NCBI GenBank assembly: GCA_023231475.1
Contig: JALJEE010002282.1
Location: 62,001-126,000 of the forward strand
Reading direction: 5' to 3'
Length of the DNA stretch: 64,000 nucleotides
DNA from: Seison nebaliae
Taxonomy: Eukaryota
Of this stretch, positions 27,637-42,000 are shown in pieces. Below the pieces are notes generated by a model, which saw nothing but the letters and a program-made list of their open reading frames with translations, did no database searches and had not been told where the DNA came from. A program made the position numbers and the translations under genes. Position 1 is the stretch's first letter, and each line of letters opens with the position of its first letter.

Positions 27637-30135
27637 TCGATATGGAGAACGAAACTATGAAGATCAGAACTCTCAAAATAAAGCGAAAAAAAATCGATCC
27701 ATCATACTTCTTCTACAAATTTCCAGAAACTCTAGAACCAATTAAGAAAAGATGCATCGACAGAATCCAACACGTAATCCGTTTGGAAAATCAGAATCCA
27801 ATATGGCAGAAATGGAGAAAAATACCATATGCACATATCAATATCACATACTAATGACTTTCTTTAAATCTAGGCGACTTCTCGCGGGATCTCTCACAAA
27901 TACCTATAAGTATACTTATAGGTATGAATCATGCTTCTTATTCTATGTTATATGAAAAATATATTTTTCACATAGAGATATTTCTTATTATCTATGTTAT
28001 TTCATATCATGCTAGTAGCAATGATACGGAGCAATGGTCCCTAGTAAGTGTCTTACCTTATAATGCCGGTAAATGTTTGGTTGCGAAGGAAAACGTGCAC
28101 AGGCTTAGCCGATAACTTTGCGCTAAGTGAAATTTAGGAAATAAAATTAATAAATTAATGATCACAATGACCTTACAACTATGCAAATTTTTAGCGAAAA
28201 AACATGTAAAACCAAATAGTTCTCTTGTTGGTGCCTCAATCGTTCATATTGCGATAATTCTCGTTAGATGATAAGAAATATCAACATACGTATAAGTGAT
28301 ATATGAATCAACTTATAAAGTTATCTTTAGTAGTAATAATAATAATAACAACTTTAGGTAACTAAATTACAAATTGTTTAAATGGTACTTTTAATATTCC
28401 TAATTCATTTATGAAACTATATTATTATAAGAATTTAATGTAGTTGTTATTAAGTTGTTATTAATATTGCATTTCCTGATGAATATAGCAACCTTCATTC
28501 TTTTTAAAGTTCTAAATAGAAGCTTTGACACTTACTAGGGGTTGTACTTACTTTTTTGCAAACTTTTTTTTCTCAAACTAAAGTTTCTTCTAAATAAAGT
28601 CCATTACAAAGTTTTCGAGATTTCTCAAACATTTCTTTTTCATAATTATTCAATCAATCGAAAATTGTAAGAGTCAATTAAGATGAATAACTTTCTTTTG
28701 TGTGCCATTACTAGACCCTTCCGTTCAAACCGGATTGAATGGGTAATTTAGGATTACTTTCTAAACTGTTTTTCAATCGCTGCGAAATGTTGATGACGAC
28801 TAGGGTGTTCAGATTATAAGAAAGAGACCAAGGACGAAGTCATAAAATCAATTTCAATATTTTTTGAAAGAAATTCAAAAGACAACTAAACGAGAAAACT
28901 TGAATGTAAATTAAAGTTGATAATGTATATTTTTAAAATTAATTGAAAGAAAAAAAATCAGTAGACTTCCGGTCAACACAGAAGAATGAACATACAGAAT
29001 ATATAACTTCAACTATAAAACAATATCATTAGATGAAATTAGTCGTGATGGAGATCGAAGTGCGAAGGAAAATGTTTTACTTCGTTTCCGAAGAAGAAAG
29101 ACAAGAAATGTCAAACATAAATTCTGGTCGAATAATATTCTGGTATATATTCTTTCATTGCGAAAAATGCTTATGGATAGAATTGATTTTCGATGGCTAT
29201 TTTTGAAAACTTTTTTCACCTTCTTATTATTTAGATTATTCAATAGGATTATTTTGAGATATTCAACATTATAAATCGTACATTATTAGACATTTAAGTT
29301 GATGATTTAAGTGCTGGTGGATAGCCGAAAATATTATTTCGAAATTTGTTTCCGTGTATCCAAGATACTTGTACGAACTCAGTTTATTTTATAAGATCGA
29401 AACAGATGAGAAAAGGTTTATTAACACTTATTGTGGTATATTTGTTGCATAGTTAAGGAAGTGTCAGCAAGATAAGGTGTACATGGAAAAATGTGGAGGA
29501 TAAGAAATGTTATCTATCAAGATTTCTGGTGTAACGTTCTATTAATTCATTACGTTGGCTTGATCGTACATATAATTGAACTATTCGGATGAGGCTCGGA
29601 TGTCATAAGCCCTTCAATAGAGCATTTATGTTCACGATGTGGGAATTGAATCCTTTGCCGCTACTCCTAATGCAGAGTTATCTGAAAGTAGTTTAGTCCG
29701 TTCGCATCTTAACTCTTCCAGTTCCAACGTATACACAATGCGAGCGCTTCTCGCCGTCTCTCCTTTTTTTCTGCCGTTATTACTCATCAAATTATCCGCT
29801 TTCACTCGAAGAGGCGTTGTCGATGTCATTATTCCAATTTCGACATTAGTTCCTACGTTACGGAAGCATTCAATGATCGAATTGTGACGGACAGGAATCT
29901 TATTTTAACTAACTCTTTTAAAGAGTTATCATTTTTCTTTTTAATTTACCCCGCGGGGATTTGACATGAATAGAAAAAAATTAATATTGGGTGAGATTAG
30001 TTTGTATAAACAATTTAATTCTATCGCATTTGAAATCGGAAAACTCTAATCAATAACCGGTCAAACACACAATTTTTTAAAATACAAACAGAATTTAAAA
30101 TTTTTTCTCTTTTTCATAGTTCCTTCAATATATCC

Positions 30136-30816
30136 ATGAAAAGTCTCAGTATTTGCGTTTTAGCAATTTCTATTCTCCTTTGTTATTGTAATGGAGATAT
30201 TATAATTACTGATGACAAGGAAATTTCATATGTCAAAATAATTCCCGACCTCTTTAGGACGTTTGCTGAAGCTAAGTCAAGATGCAAAAAGTTCGGTGTA
30301 AACTGGCATTTAATATGGCTAACAAATATACTCAAACAAGAAATGGTAGCAAAATATGTCAAAGAATTTTTTCTGGATAAGCCTACACCTAATTTTTGGA
30401 ATAATTTCGTTATGACTGGAGGTGTTGAGATTTCCACACCGCTTAATGCTTCTTATATGTGGGAGAATTACCGAACGACAATAATAGAAGACAGTCGATT
30501 AACACTTGTCAATCCAAAATTTCCAGTTGCCCCGTTCGTGGCCATTTATAAAGGTGATGGTAGTTTAGTAAAAATTAACAACCCACGATCTTATGGAAAT
30601 TATGCATTTTATGGAATTTGCGAAACAATTGTTTCAAAAGTTAAGTCAAACCATTTCAGAATCATGAGAACTAATGGACAAGATATGCGGTCGTTAATTC
30701 GTGATACGATCGTAGAATTGAATGGAATAATGATGGAGAATTTTGAAGTGTCACCGGAATATATCGATGGGGAGAAATTTAACCCGCATACTTTCAAATA
30801 TGTTGATCTTATTTAA
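30136..30816 (+). CDS. Secreted protein with a degenerate C-type lectin-like domain
   Basis: N-terminal hydrophobic signal peptide; 'RTFAEAKSRCKKFG..HL' and 'GICE' resemble the ends of a C-type lectin fold. Confidence 0.5.
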   Translation: MKSLSICVLAISILLCYCNGDIIITDDKEISYVKIIPDLFRTFAEAKSRCKKFGVNWHLIWLTNILKQEMVAKYVKEFFLDKPTPNFWNNFVMTGGVEISTPLNASYMWENYRTTIIEDSRLTLVNPKFPVAPFVAIYKGDGSLVKINNPRSYGNYAFYGICETIVSKVKSNHFRIMRTNGQDMRSLIRDTIVELNGIMMENFEVSPEYIDGEKFNPHTFKYVDLI

Positions 30817-31628
30817 TATTTCCAATTTCACATTTAGTCGTATTGAATTTTTAAGTAGTAATCATAGTCTTTTAACTCATATCGGAAATATATATTTGTT
30901 CTTCTAAATTTGTTATCAGTAAGTTATTTTTAGAATTGTTATCAAGTAGATATTTCATTTATTTCCTTTACCTACCTCTATGATACATATGAAGAAATAA
31001 ATTGAATTAAAAATGAAAATTACAAGAGAGAAAATGAGACAAGAGTATATAAGTAGTATACTGATAATAGTATAATAGGTAATTAATACTTAACTTGAAT
31101 ACATGTTTATATATTGTTTATAAAAAATTCGTAAGATTTGCCACTTTTTATCTTTAAAAATAGATTGATGAACGTATAACGGACAATTATGTCAGATTAT
31201 GAAATTGTGATGGTATTGCGACCTGTTATTCGGAAAGAGACTAAAATTCGAAGACGTCAACAATGCAGCATCTCAAAGGCATTGAAAAACGAAATAATTT
31301 AATATGAACGTGCAAATCTGTGAACGTACGAAGTAGAATCCACGGCAAGATATATGGCTGATATAATAAAGGCAATTGTAGAAAACATTCCAAAATTCGA
31401 TAACACTTTGATGAATGACGGTCATCAGTTCGATCATTTTCGATCTCAAGTCGTAACTGATTCAATGTAAAAACCTAATTCGTATTGCTTTCACCACAAT
31501 GAACCTTAAGGAAAGCAAAAAAAGAAAGCATCAAAAATAAAGAGAGTTTTACCATATTTTTTTTCTTATAGTGGTTCACAGAATTAAACGTATTATTTTT
31601 ATTGGAAGATACTTATGAGAATAAATTT

Positions 31629-32852
31629 CTAATTAACAACCGCCAACGGATCTGCGAAAAACCCGGCAAAAAGAATCGTTTTTAACTCTTCATCGTAAAT
31701 AAAATAATGGAATGGACGATCACAAATTATTTCAATGGGTTCTTCTACTACATTCGCGCCACCTCTTAGTCTGATCAAGGTTACTGCCGCAGCTTCCGTT
31801 CCTTCCTCATTCACATCGATAACAGCTTTGTGAAAAATTTCAGATATAAAAAGTTCTTCATCTTTTACTATTCCAGTAAAATCGGATTTCTCACTAAAAC
31901 ATCGTGAAATGCCGAGTTTTTTGAAATTGTTAACCATCTATAAATGAGATAAATTGTTAGAAATAACAACTATAAAATTACAAACTGATTCGGAAGTTTC
32001 GATTTTAAATTTGGGAATTACTACATTAACCTTCAAATGTGGCATTCTGTTCAAAACCTGACAGAAAACTTCCGAATTAAATTTACCTAGAATTTTTCGG
32101 AAACCGTTATTTTTGTCATTCGGCAGAACTACTACAAATGATAATCGATCTCCTAAATATGGCATCTTTAATACTTTTGCATCTAATTCCTTGCAATTGT
32201 GAAGGAAATCAAATTTCGTTAGAAATTCCGTCATTGCTTGCATTTTAACGATTTTTCCATTTGCCTTATGGAAATCGAAAGGTTTTGTTCTGTCCTTTTT
32301 AAATTGAGATTTCCATATTCCCTTGAAATGAATTGCATTTAACAAAATAAATTTCGTCAATGGATTGATGTCCGACTGGCTTAACAGTTGTTTTATCATT
32401 TGATTTGTATTCTTGGAGACCCAATTGTTCACTTCATCAACAATTTGTTTCTTATCTCCTCCAAAATCGACATTTCGTGCTTCTGCTTGAAATTGTTCTT
32501 TCGCTATTTCTTTATATGATGACTCAATCTTCATCTTATCATGAACTAACATCTTATTCACCATTGTTACTTCTTTTAATGAGTTTAATGATTTCATTAA
32601 TTTCTGAAATTCATCTCCAATTGTTTTAATATCTCCGGGAAGATTCAAAGCCTTTTGTAATTCGTCGAAACATTTTCCTCGAGCTCCTACAGTCGCTAAA
32701 CTCATTGCTGTAGCTAAGCTAACTGGGGAAAAGATGATATTATCATCTTTTCGGTTTTAAAGATTAATTAAAGAAATTCCGAAAAAATTCAAACCTTCAT
32801 TAAATAAAGTCTCATAAATTTTAAAAGAAAAATTGTTAATAGATTGATTCAT
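31629..32852 (-). CDS. Intracellular-type serpin, 3 exons
   Basis: NIIFSPVS, LLNAIHFKGIW, hinge EEGTEAAAVT and CDRPFHYFI motifs; no signal peptide; two GTT introns. Confidence 0.93.
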
Positions 32853-33540
32853 TTTAATTATTCTTATTTTTATTAGGTAACAAAAATATGATTCGGAGAA
32901 TAGTTATGCAACAATGATACTTGAGAAAAGAACTTCTAATTAAATGTACTCTCAATTATACTTATGTTGGAACATTTTTGAATATCACGCTTTTATCAAT
33001 ATTCTTTCTTATTAATTGGTTCTTTAGGATTTCAGGTATATAAGAATCAGAAGAAAAGTTTGGTATCAACAGAACATTATCTGTATACCGATTCAGGCAG
33101 ATAAAGACAGAAAATTGTGAGTCGAGAATCAAAAAAGATCGAATAGGATCAGAGTTCGTATCGAATCGATGATGCATAGATGAAAATTTCAAAAAAAAAA
33201 CAAATTTCTTTACCAACATCGTATTTCTTCCAAAATAAGATCAGATATCTCGTTTTAACGAAATTGATTCTGGAAAGTATTCATGTTACATGATCAAACT
33301 CAAAACTTGTCAGATAACAATAAATTAAATTTGTTAAAAAATTTGGGAATTCGATAAAATTGAATTGACAAACGAAATAACGTGTCATTTACAAAACTAC
33401 GGTAAGTTTTTCATGGCACTTTACCTAATTTAAATCACAGTTAAAACGAAATAACGTGTTATTTACCTAATGCATAATCCAACTAAAAACCTTTGTGATT
33501 GTTTAACAATATAATGGTTGTCATAATTATATTGTTCGTA

Positions 33541-33633
33541 TGGATAAAAGTATAAGACACATTTTTTTAGTTTTTCGTTAATTTTTGACTAAAAAGTACT
33601 ACTTTAGTCAGTGATGTCTTATACTTTTATCCA
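33541..33633. mobile_element. 93-bp mini inverted-repeat element with 19-bp perfect TIRs flanked by TA
   Basis: TGGATAAAAGTATAAGACA (33541-33559) and TGTCTTATACTTTTATCCA (33615-33633), with TA on both sides. Confidence 0.6.
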
Positions 33634-33878
33634 TAAAATAAAGAATATTGACTCTATTGATTGTGCACCTCCATCGATTAATGCCTCCTTTCGAACATCC
33701 ATGATATAGATCATGAATTACTGTTGGGAATAATATTGATAATCTGATGATGGACAATTTAATTTTATCAAATGAACAAGAAAATATCGAATTAAAGTTA
33801 TGAGGATTATATGGAAGCTATCAAATTCCATCAAATTGATATTATTTGAATAAAGATAAAATTTCGTTTAAAATAAAA

Positions 33879-34391
33879 TTAATAAAGTTTCAAATTTCCA
33901 GTGATTTCGTTAATGATTGAAGATGGTGCAGGTCCAATACCAACTACGGTATGAGAACCGGCCAATATTTGAGTGTGACCAGCATCAGCGATAATACAAG
34001 TGACTAAATCTCTTTTTAAACTTTCATGATAAATTTCTTTCAATTCTTCGACACTTCTCACTTTTAATGTAATTTTCATTTGTCCTTGATTTTTCCACGT
34101 CTTCAGCGCTTCATAATTTTTCTTCTTTAACGAAGACGTGAAACATTCAAGTGTGGCGTGACAACATTGAGCCGCTATTTTTCCCGGTCCCATCTTCAAA
34201 TCAGTTCGAACCACCAAAACCATTTTGTGTTGTTCTCTTAAAATAGACGACACATCTTTCATTTCTTCCAACGATTTTCCCAATGAAAATAAACTATTCA
34301 AATTTCGTCCTCCTCCAGGACGGCGATAAAGAAAGAATGATACGAGACAACCACCGATAAATCCTCCAATCGCATATTCCCATTTCCCCAT
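33879..34391 (-). CDS. PTRH2: Peptidyl-tRNA hydrolase 2 (Bit1), intronless
   Basis: N-terminal TM anchor; KMVLVVRTDLKMGPGKIAAQCCHA, DAGHTQI and VVGIGP..INEITGNLKLY. Confidence 0.95.
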   Translation of the reverse strand: MGKWEYAIGGFIGGCLVSFFLYRRPGGGRNLNSLFSLGKSLEEMKDVSSILREQHKMVLVVRTDLKMGPGKIAAQCCHATLECFTSSLKKKNYEALKTWKNQGQMKITLKVRSVEELKEIYHESLKRDLVTCIIADAGHTQILAGSHTVVGIGPAPSSIINEITGNLKLY

Positions 34392-34571
34392 ATTTTCTAA
34401 GGATTTTACGAATTTATTTGAAATAATTTCGAAAATTTTTTTTCAAATTTCTTAAAAATTTCCGAAAATAATTCTCATTTTAAAAATTTATTCAAATTTT
34501 AAGTTCATCCAAAAATCTCATATTTGGTCTCATTTTTTCCAAGATCGAAATAAATATTTCTCTCATTCAAA

Positions 34572-36047
34572 ATGATTCAAGAGAATGATGTTGTAATTAT
34601 TAAACGAGGAACGACATTGAGACATGGAACGATTGGAAAGAATCGGTTAAATTTTAAAAAAAAATTCAAAAAAATGAAAAATGAATTTTTGGTAGTTCCG
34701 TCGTAATAAATTCGAGATGTTCCATCAATTTGGAGGGATGTATCGGATATGAATATGGTTCCACTTTCGACGTTCAATCTAATGGAGATATGACGATTTT
34801 GGATGGAGCTACTACCCGACGATATTTGATGGAAGAATCTGGTAAATTTATTTATTGAAAATTTCACAATTCTATTTTTTGGCAGTCGCATTAATTGATG
34901 AGGAATTTGAGAGTGCACAATCGAATGAATTGATTAAACAAGACGAGACGAATCAAATGATGTCTCTTGAACAAATCGATGATATGCATAATAGTAACCA
35001 TCTTCCAGTACAAGTTGTAATTTTATTAAAATTAATTTTTTTTGTTCAAATTTCAATTTATCATTTCTATTTAGGAGAAAATTGGAAAATTGGCAATGAA
35101 TAATAAAAGTTTTGAGAAGAAGACGATTTATTCACAGAATAAATATATCGATCGTAAACGACGACGGTTTTTGAAAATTTTTATCTTACAATTATTAATT
35201 CAATTCATTCCATTTTCAGATATCATAATTATTTCACAATAATGAAACCGACGAATAAGTTAATTTATGAATTGATTTCCAATCAGAACAAAGTGAAAAG
35301 AATGCCCATCTCTAAAACATTGTTCGATTATTATTGGAGAAATTAAATTAATTTTTCAGATTTTTACGATTTGATATCATGTCACAAATTTTACTATATG
35401 GAAATGTGAATTACAAATCGAAAATTATTTTGGTGGACGAAACGAAAGGTCTATTACTTACAAGTATCTTATCTCGAATTCTCCCAATGAATATTGAAGA
35501 GAATGAGATTGAAGGTGAAATTCATTATTTCACACCAAACGGAACATTAGATAGTGCTCGTTATTGTCTCGATCTGTTGAATTATGATCGAGAGAAGATT
35601 TTGAAGAAATGTATTTATTGTCATCGAATGTCAGATTTGTCGAGAATTGTCGAATTATTTCAAGAGAAAAATGAGAATGATGATCAATGGTTATTGAATG
35701 GTGAGAGGAAAGTTGATGGAAAACGATTATTGAATTGTGATACTCTAATTTTTTGTGGAATTATGAATCCTTTAGAATTGTTCAAAATTTTCGGATGGAT
35801 CATCAAACCTGGTAGTCATGTCGTCGTCTGTCATCCATATGAACAATATATTAAGAGTTGTTATGATGAAATGAAGAATGCCAAATCGAGAATTTATCCT
35901 CATTCCAATTTCAAATATCTGAATGTAAATATTTATCGGAACTTTTCACGTCAAATGTTGGTGAATGAGGAACGTACGAGACCGAATCATTCTCTTCTTC
36001 TATCTGGATCGTATCCGTTTGTTTCAGCAAATAAAATTAACAATTAA
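34572..36047 (+). CDS. TRMT6: tRNA m1A58 methyltransferase non-catalytic subunit (Gcd10/TRM6), 6 exons
   Basis: MIQENDVVII, GYEYGSTF, NKSFEKKTIYSQNKYIDRKRRR, LRFDIMSQILLYGNV, LVDETKGLL and RQMLVNEERTRP; five introns keep the frame. Confidence 0.8.
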
Positions 36048-39000
36048 ATTTCTTCTTTTATCGTTAAACGGAAATATGCTTCTATCTCACATGTGGAAAT
36101 TAGTTGTTTGATGGAAAGGAGAAGTGATGATTAACACGATAAAAAGTTGGATTGATCTAGGCGGAAGATATGGATAATGGAAAAGTTTTCCTATATCATT
36201 CTATCTCAGGAATTTGGGAGGAGGAGAAGAAGAAGAAGAAAATTCTTATGAAATTTTCTTCTTTATGATGAATTGGATTGTGGCGAGTGAAGTGCACGAA
36301 ATAAATATGTGTGCACATTAAGTGCACGCATTCCACATTCATCAGATTGATTTGAACATTTTCCACTTAATCGCCACTCGAATATGAAGATGTCTCTCTT
36401 TCTCTCTCATACACATTCCATCGATTAACACAATTCCTCTCTTACATCATCTCTTACATATTTACTTCATTTCTGATTTTTTTCAATAATTATAACACTT
36501 CTCACTATCCATCTATCGTATCGTCACCACACGTCGAAAATTAGTTAGAATTCTTTATAGGACGTTCATTTTCGTTCAAGAAAATAAAAGAAAGTTCATT
36601 TTTCGAAATTTTTCTTCTACTTCAAAACCATAACTCATGACATAATAGGCTACACATTATCATTAGAAGAAATGTTTAATTAAAATTTGGAAGAAGAAAA
36701 AAATCTCATATTTCCTTATCATTCCACCTGAGAATGTTGTTCTCTTCAAACGGAAATACTGTCGTTCACTTTCGAGAGAGAGGTGATGTCTTCTGGCATA
36801 TTATGATTATCTAATCAGTGCTGAACAAGTGCAGATGGGATGCCGTCTGTCATTCGATTGTTGACGACACTTCTTCCCCACAATTGAGAACTATCAAAAG
36901 ATTGTTATGGTGATATAGAATTGGGGAGAAGATGTAGATGTGGAATCATATTTCAACAAAATGTATTTTTTCCATTTTGCTCACATTTTTTCCTTCATCA
37001 TCAACCGCTTTCCCCTTCCTAATCTCTCATATTTATTGGAATGAAATTCAATTTGTATTTCCTCATTCTTCCAAATTATAATTCTGGGAAATTTTTAAGG
37101 AAAAAATTTGAAATTGTATTCAGTGGAGCCGTTTAGCTCAAAAAGAAGAAATTCATTTCAGTTGTCGTCTCTGATGGAAGACTTTAGCAGTACGACGTTA
37201 CAATAGGGAAATGATGCAATGAACTATGAAATTAATAAATATTCAACTTCCAAAAAAATTACCACAATTCATTCTCGATATTGAGTGTGGTAGGACGACC
37301 TCCAATAATGAAGACGGAAGACAAAACTGAGCTATCGTCAATCCACCATTCCAGATGACTGTGAGCGGAAATTGAAATCGTGTGTATCCAACTGATGGAA
37401 GTACTTCTATTTAATATTCCCGACGACTTATATGTATTTTACTTATTACTTTTTCTGACGATAAATGATGATGGTTAGCGTAAAGAAGAGAAATTGCCAT
37501 TTTATTCCAAAAATGAATTTTTCTTTAGTGAAGGAAATTTTTCTCATGTCTTATTTCCACCACAACACTAATCGATTCTCTATATGAATATATGAAAAAG
37601 TTGATGTTTACTTGGAAATATCCGGTTGAATATTTCAAAAAAGGGAGAGAGAGAGAGAGAAATGATAAGGAGGAAACGATGTTAGAAAATCTTTTACAAA
37701 CAATTAGATATTGGTAGAAGATTCAAGGTGAAATCATCTTTTTCATGTTTCCTCCATTCATGCAATTTTTATTTTTTGATTTCTCTTAATCATGATATGG
37801 TGCGCATATGGCGTAGAAGTTTCAGTACTTTCTCCGGATTATTCGACATCAAAATATATTTCCATTCCTATCGAACAATCAATTTTTTGTTTCTTTTCCA
37901 TTTATCATTCTCGGAGAATTTGATATCGAATTATTTCAATTGATTAAATTTCAGATTTAGTCAAATGAATTTGATATATCATCTGACTTGTGTGAGGGAT
38001 GATGAGGGAGGATGTGGATTGTTAGTTCTATTCATCTGTATACAGATGTAATGGAGTGTGAAGTGATTTATTCGATCATTAATTAACTTTTTACGCTCAA
38101 CATCATCGTGGAAGGTTAATATTTGGTGTGATGGATGATCGCTGTGAACGAAAAAGAAAGAAGTTTGAGAAAGGTGCAATTCAATTGAGGTAATTGGTGA
38201 AGAGGAGAGTGAGGTGGTCAAATGTGTCAATTGTAACTACGACCATCTCCCGAAGAGAATTGTAAAATTCTTTTGTTTTAAGTTCAGATGGACATATGCT
38301 TACCTTCGCTACCATCGTTACTGGATTAGAGAGAAGATCTGCTTACCGTCCCTCACCTTCCTCCCCTCGATAATTACAAGTATCGGTAGACTGAATAAAG
38401 TTCTATTAAATCGATAGACGAATTGATGTTTTTTTTGTGCTTCACTACCGAATCTGAACAAAAGAGAAAGCTCGTGAAATTGATTGAAATAATTATTAGA
38501 AATGTTCAGTTCTACTTTTTTCACTCATTCACTGACAACATTCACTGTGAATCATCTCCCCGTTCTCACCTGATACAGATGTTTATTTTCCATATAATTC
38601 CGTTTAGTAGTGTTTAGAGTAAATGAAATATTCATGGGAATTATCTTCAGATTCTTCGATTAGTCTCCTCCATTTATCTTCTGTTTTCATTTCGTCTTTG
38701 TTAATTGAACGATTATGTTAGTTTAAGTTAAATGGAAATGATTTACTTGTCAAATCATCGAAAGATTTCATCCTTTCACTCTCCTTATCAACAGAACGAT
38801 GGAAGCAGTCCTCATGTTTCCTTTGTTTGATGATGGGAATGTTCAGGTCGTTTCAGGGACATCATCTGATGGAAATGTGGAATGCTTCGTCTCTTTCGAC
38901 GACGATTCATGAATCGATTGTAGGATAATCCTGTTAATATTTAAAGTTCTCTCATCAAAATACTTATTGTTCTCTCGGATGGGGAAGGTGATTGATGCTA

Positions 39001-42000
39001 AATATTCCCTCAACTATCCCCGCTTCCTTTTGGCAATTATTGCATTCGCTTTAATTGTTTCCTTCCATCCATCTCCTTCCTAAGGGCCATATCCACATCG
39101 TCGAACAAAAGAGAAGAATACATCTGTTTTTCTTTCGTCCTCTCATTTGCATATTGATGAATAATGGAAATGGAGAATTCCATCGTCGTCGTCGGTCAAA
39201 ATCTTATAAAATTTTTCTAATTAATCGCTCTAACTAGTCTAGTGTTAGCCGTTCGGCATAAGTACCAATTTCTTCTACTACTACTACTATTACTACTTAC
39301 TTATCGTTAATTAGATTAGACCATAAAATTGAGCGGCTACTTTTGAAGTAAATAGAAAGAGGATTTTATTTTTAGATAAAACTATTAAAAATCAGTCAAT
39401 TCCGTTCCAGTTATCAAGTTCGATAAGAATAGGGAATTATCTGAATTTGTCACCAGATGGTTTCCTTGTTCGTTTATGTTTGTTTTGGACGAAGAAATTG
39501 AATAACAGAATGTTGATTTATGTCCTTCAATTCACAGCATTTGTGGCTTTAACCTCATCCCGACAGCAATGGGGAAAAAGGAAGGAAGAATAGAAGAATT
39601 GAATAGGAACAATACTCCCAGTGTGGCAGTCCCCTCCCATTTAGCGTGATGTACAAAAAGAATAAATAGTGAAAAGACTCAAAATTATTATTATGTCATT
39701 CCCTACTCGATTTTACGAGTATTCATCATCCGTCTTTATTCGAACACATTCTCCTACGTTCATTTCATTGTTCATTCTATTAACATTTCCTGAACTTTCT
39801 TTATTATCTACGATAAGAAATTTCCTTTATATTTCACATAAATCGAAGATTCATTTCATCGATTTGATTTCGAATAAGTAACTTGATCATTTCATATTTC
39901 GGTGACGACTGGGAGTGGATGTCAACTGATTTCTTCGTGCTAACTCCATAATTGAAGTGCTCCAAGTTATTTTTCTACTTTTCAAGAACTTTATGAAAGA
40001 GGTAAAAAGTTCCAACACTCCATCTGATTAGATTGGAATTGTGGATGTAGGTTCCTTGGAAGAATCCACTTAAACAGTTTTCATCATCATATCCTTTCTA
40101 TTTTTCGGATTGGCAACTAATGACTTTTCAAGTAATGAAAAACGAGAAGAAAAGGAAAACCTTCATGACACTTCATTTCTCACCTTCAACTAGTTCGAAT
40201 TAGTTGCCTACCTCTTCAAAAACTAATACCACAATTAGTTCTATCTCTAATAATTGGTTATACCATTAATCCTTAAATTACTTTGCTCAACAACTTTCTC
40301 TCCCCTCAACTTATCCTTTTTATTAAAAAATTCCATTTTTTTTTATTCAATTATTCGATTGTCATTTTATTCGAACAATAAACTCCATCGAACTAGATAG
40401 ATGGTGTTCGTGGTTCGAAGTTCATCTAATCTCGATAATAACGATGTAAGTTGATAATGGGATCATAAGACCAGGCGATTAATGATTATCGTGACAACCT
40501 TCGCGAACAGCAATTGAGAAAATGGACAGGAATTTTAAAGGAGCTCGATGGATTATAGTTGTTCGGCATCCAACAAGAACAAGTTGAAGAATGAAAGGAA
40601 TTGAGGCTAAGCTACATCTAAGCTAAGAGGATTGTGTCGTGGATCTCTCAAGTGAATGTGGGAAGGAATGGAGAAAGAAATTCGAAAGTGATTTTGTAAA
40701 ATAATTAGAAATATTCACAATAAGTCGCTCTCGTTCTCGATTTAGTGAGTGGATAGAAGAAGAATGTCGTTCCTTTTCTTCTCGATTATTCTTCATTACG
40801 TTGTCACTTTCATAGTGAAGGGAAAGGAAAAAAAATGACTAACATCATTTCTATATTTACATATCGGGACGACATAATACTAATGAGGGAAATGCAATAA
40901 TGATGGAAGAAAAAACAACAACTATTATTACATATGAAAAGGAAGATGTAATTTTAAGATATTGTTAAGAAATGTGACACCTGTAATTCCATCAAATGCA
41001 CAGCACATATCTGTTAATGATGAATCTCCTCCTGAATAAGGGACGACCTTGCCGCTTTATCCAATTCCATTCCATTTCCATCAATATGGAAACGACACTT
41101 AACATCATCAGGTTATTGACGGAGAATATTAGAAAGAAAATCGAACAATTGAAGGACAATCATTTGTGAAAGAATAGTACGTTGACACTACGGATAATGC
41201 CACTATTAGTATTAGCATTCGGCCATGATGATAATTTTAATGGTGAAGTCAATGGAAATTTTAACGATTCCTCTCCCATGGATTTCTTTCATTTTTTCTT
41301 CTTCTGTTTCTGAATTGGAATTTAAGTCAACCACTGAATATGCTCCTCACAATCATCTGCTATTCTTGAACATAATTTCAAAATGATGATTATGATGATA
41401 ATTATCCGTTTCTATTGATTATTTTCCTTCACTACTTTTTCATCGTTCCGCTACCGAATTCCATCGAACGAGAGATATTGCGAGAAGAATGTAAAGAATT
41501 TTAATTAGAAATTTTTAATTTTATTGACTCCAACTAATTAGGTGGCTGGGAAAAGCATTTGAAGAATGTAACAGATTCAAGTTCACTTAATTAAATACAA
41601 ACATTTCCTTTTTACTAATTATGGAGGTATAAGAAAGTTTTTCCATTTTAATTCGAGAGAAATTAATCTTGTGGATCACTAGAAATTCCATTCGTCGGAC
41701 GGTTTGTTGTGGTGAAAGTGAAAGTATTCCATAAAGAAATTCCATCCGTATTTCGATCGAATTCGATAAAAAATTTTCATCTTCAGCATTTCAATTGAGT
41801 TTGATAAATTAATGTAATATGTTAACAGGATCAGTGCATGTTCGCCCCCTTTTTTTCTAGTCAGTGTTACGACTTCCGTATTCCTTCCTACATTCCTAGA
41901 GGTCCCTCTCATTACGACAGATCATTAAATTGCCATTTTCTTCTATTTTTCTTATTGACAATTTTCTCATATAATTTCCCACATCGTCATTCCCTATACC

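Noticed and set aside
29000..29950. Coding-like minus-strand fragments
   Set aside because: Interrupted by stops and with no recognisable motif; cannot support a call.
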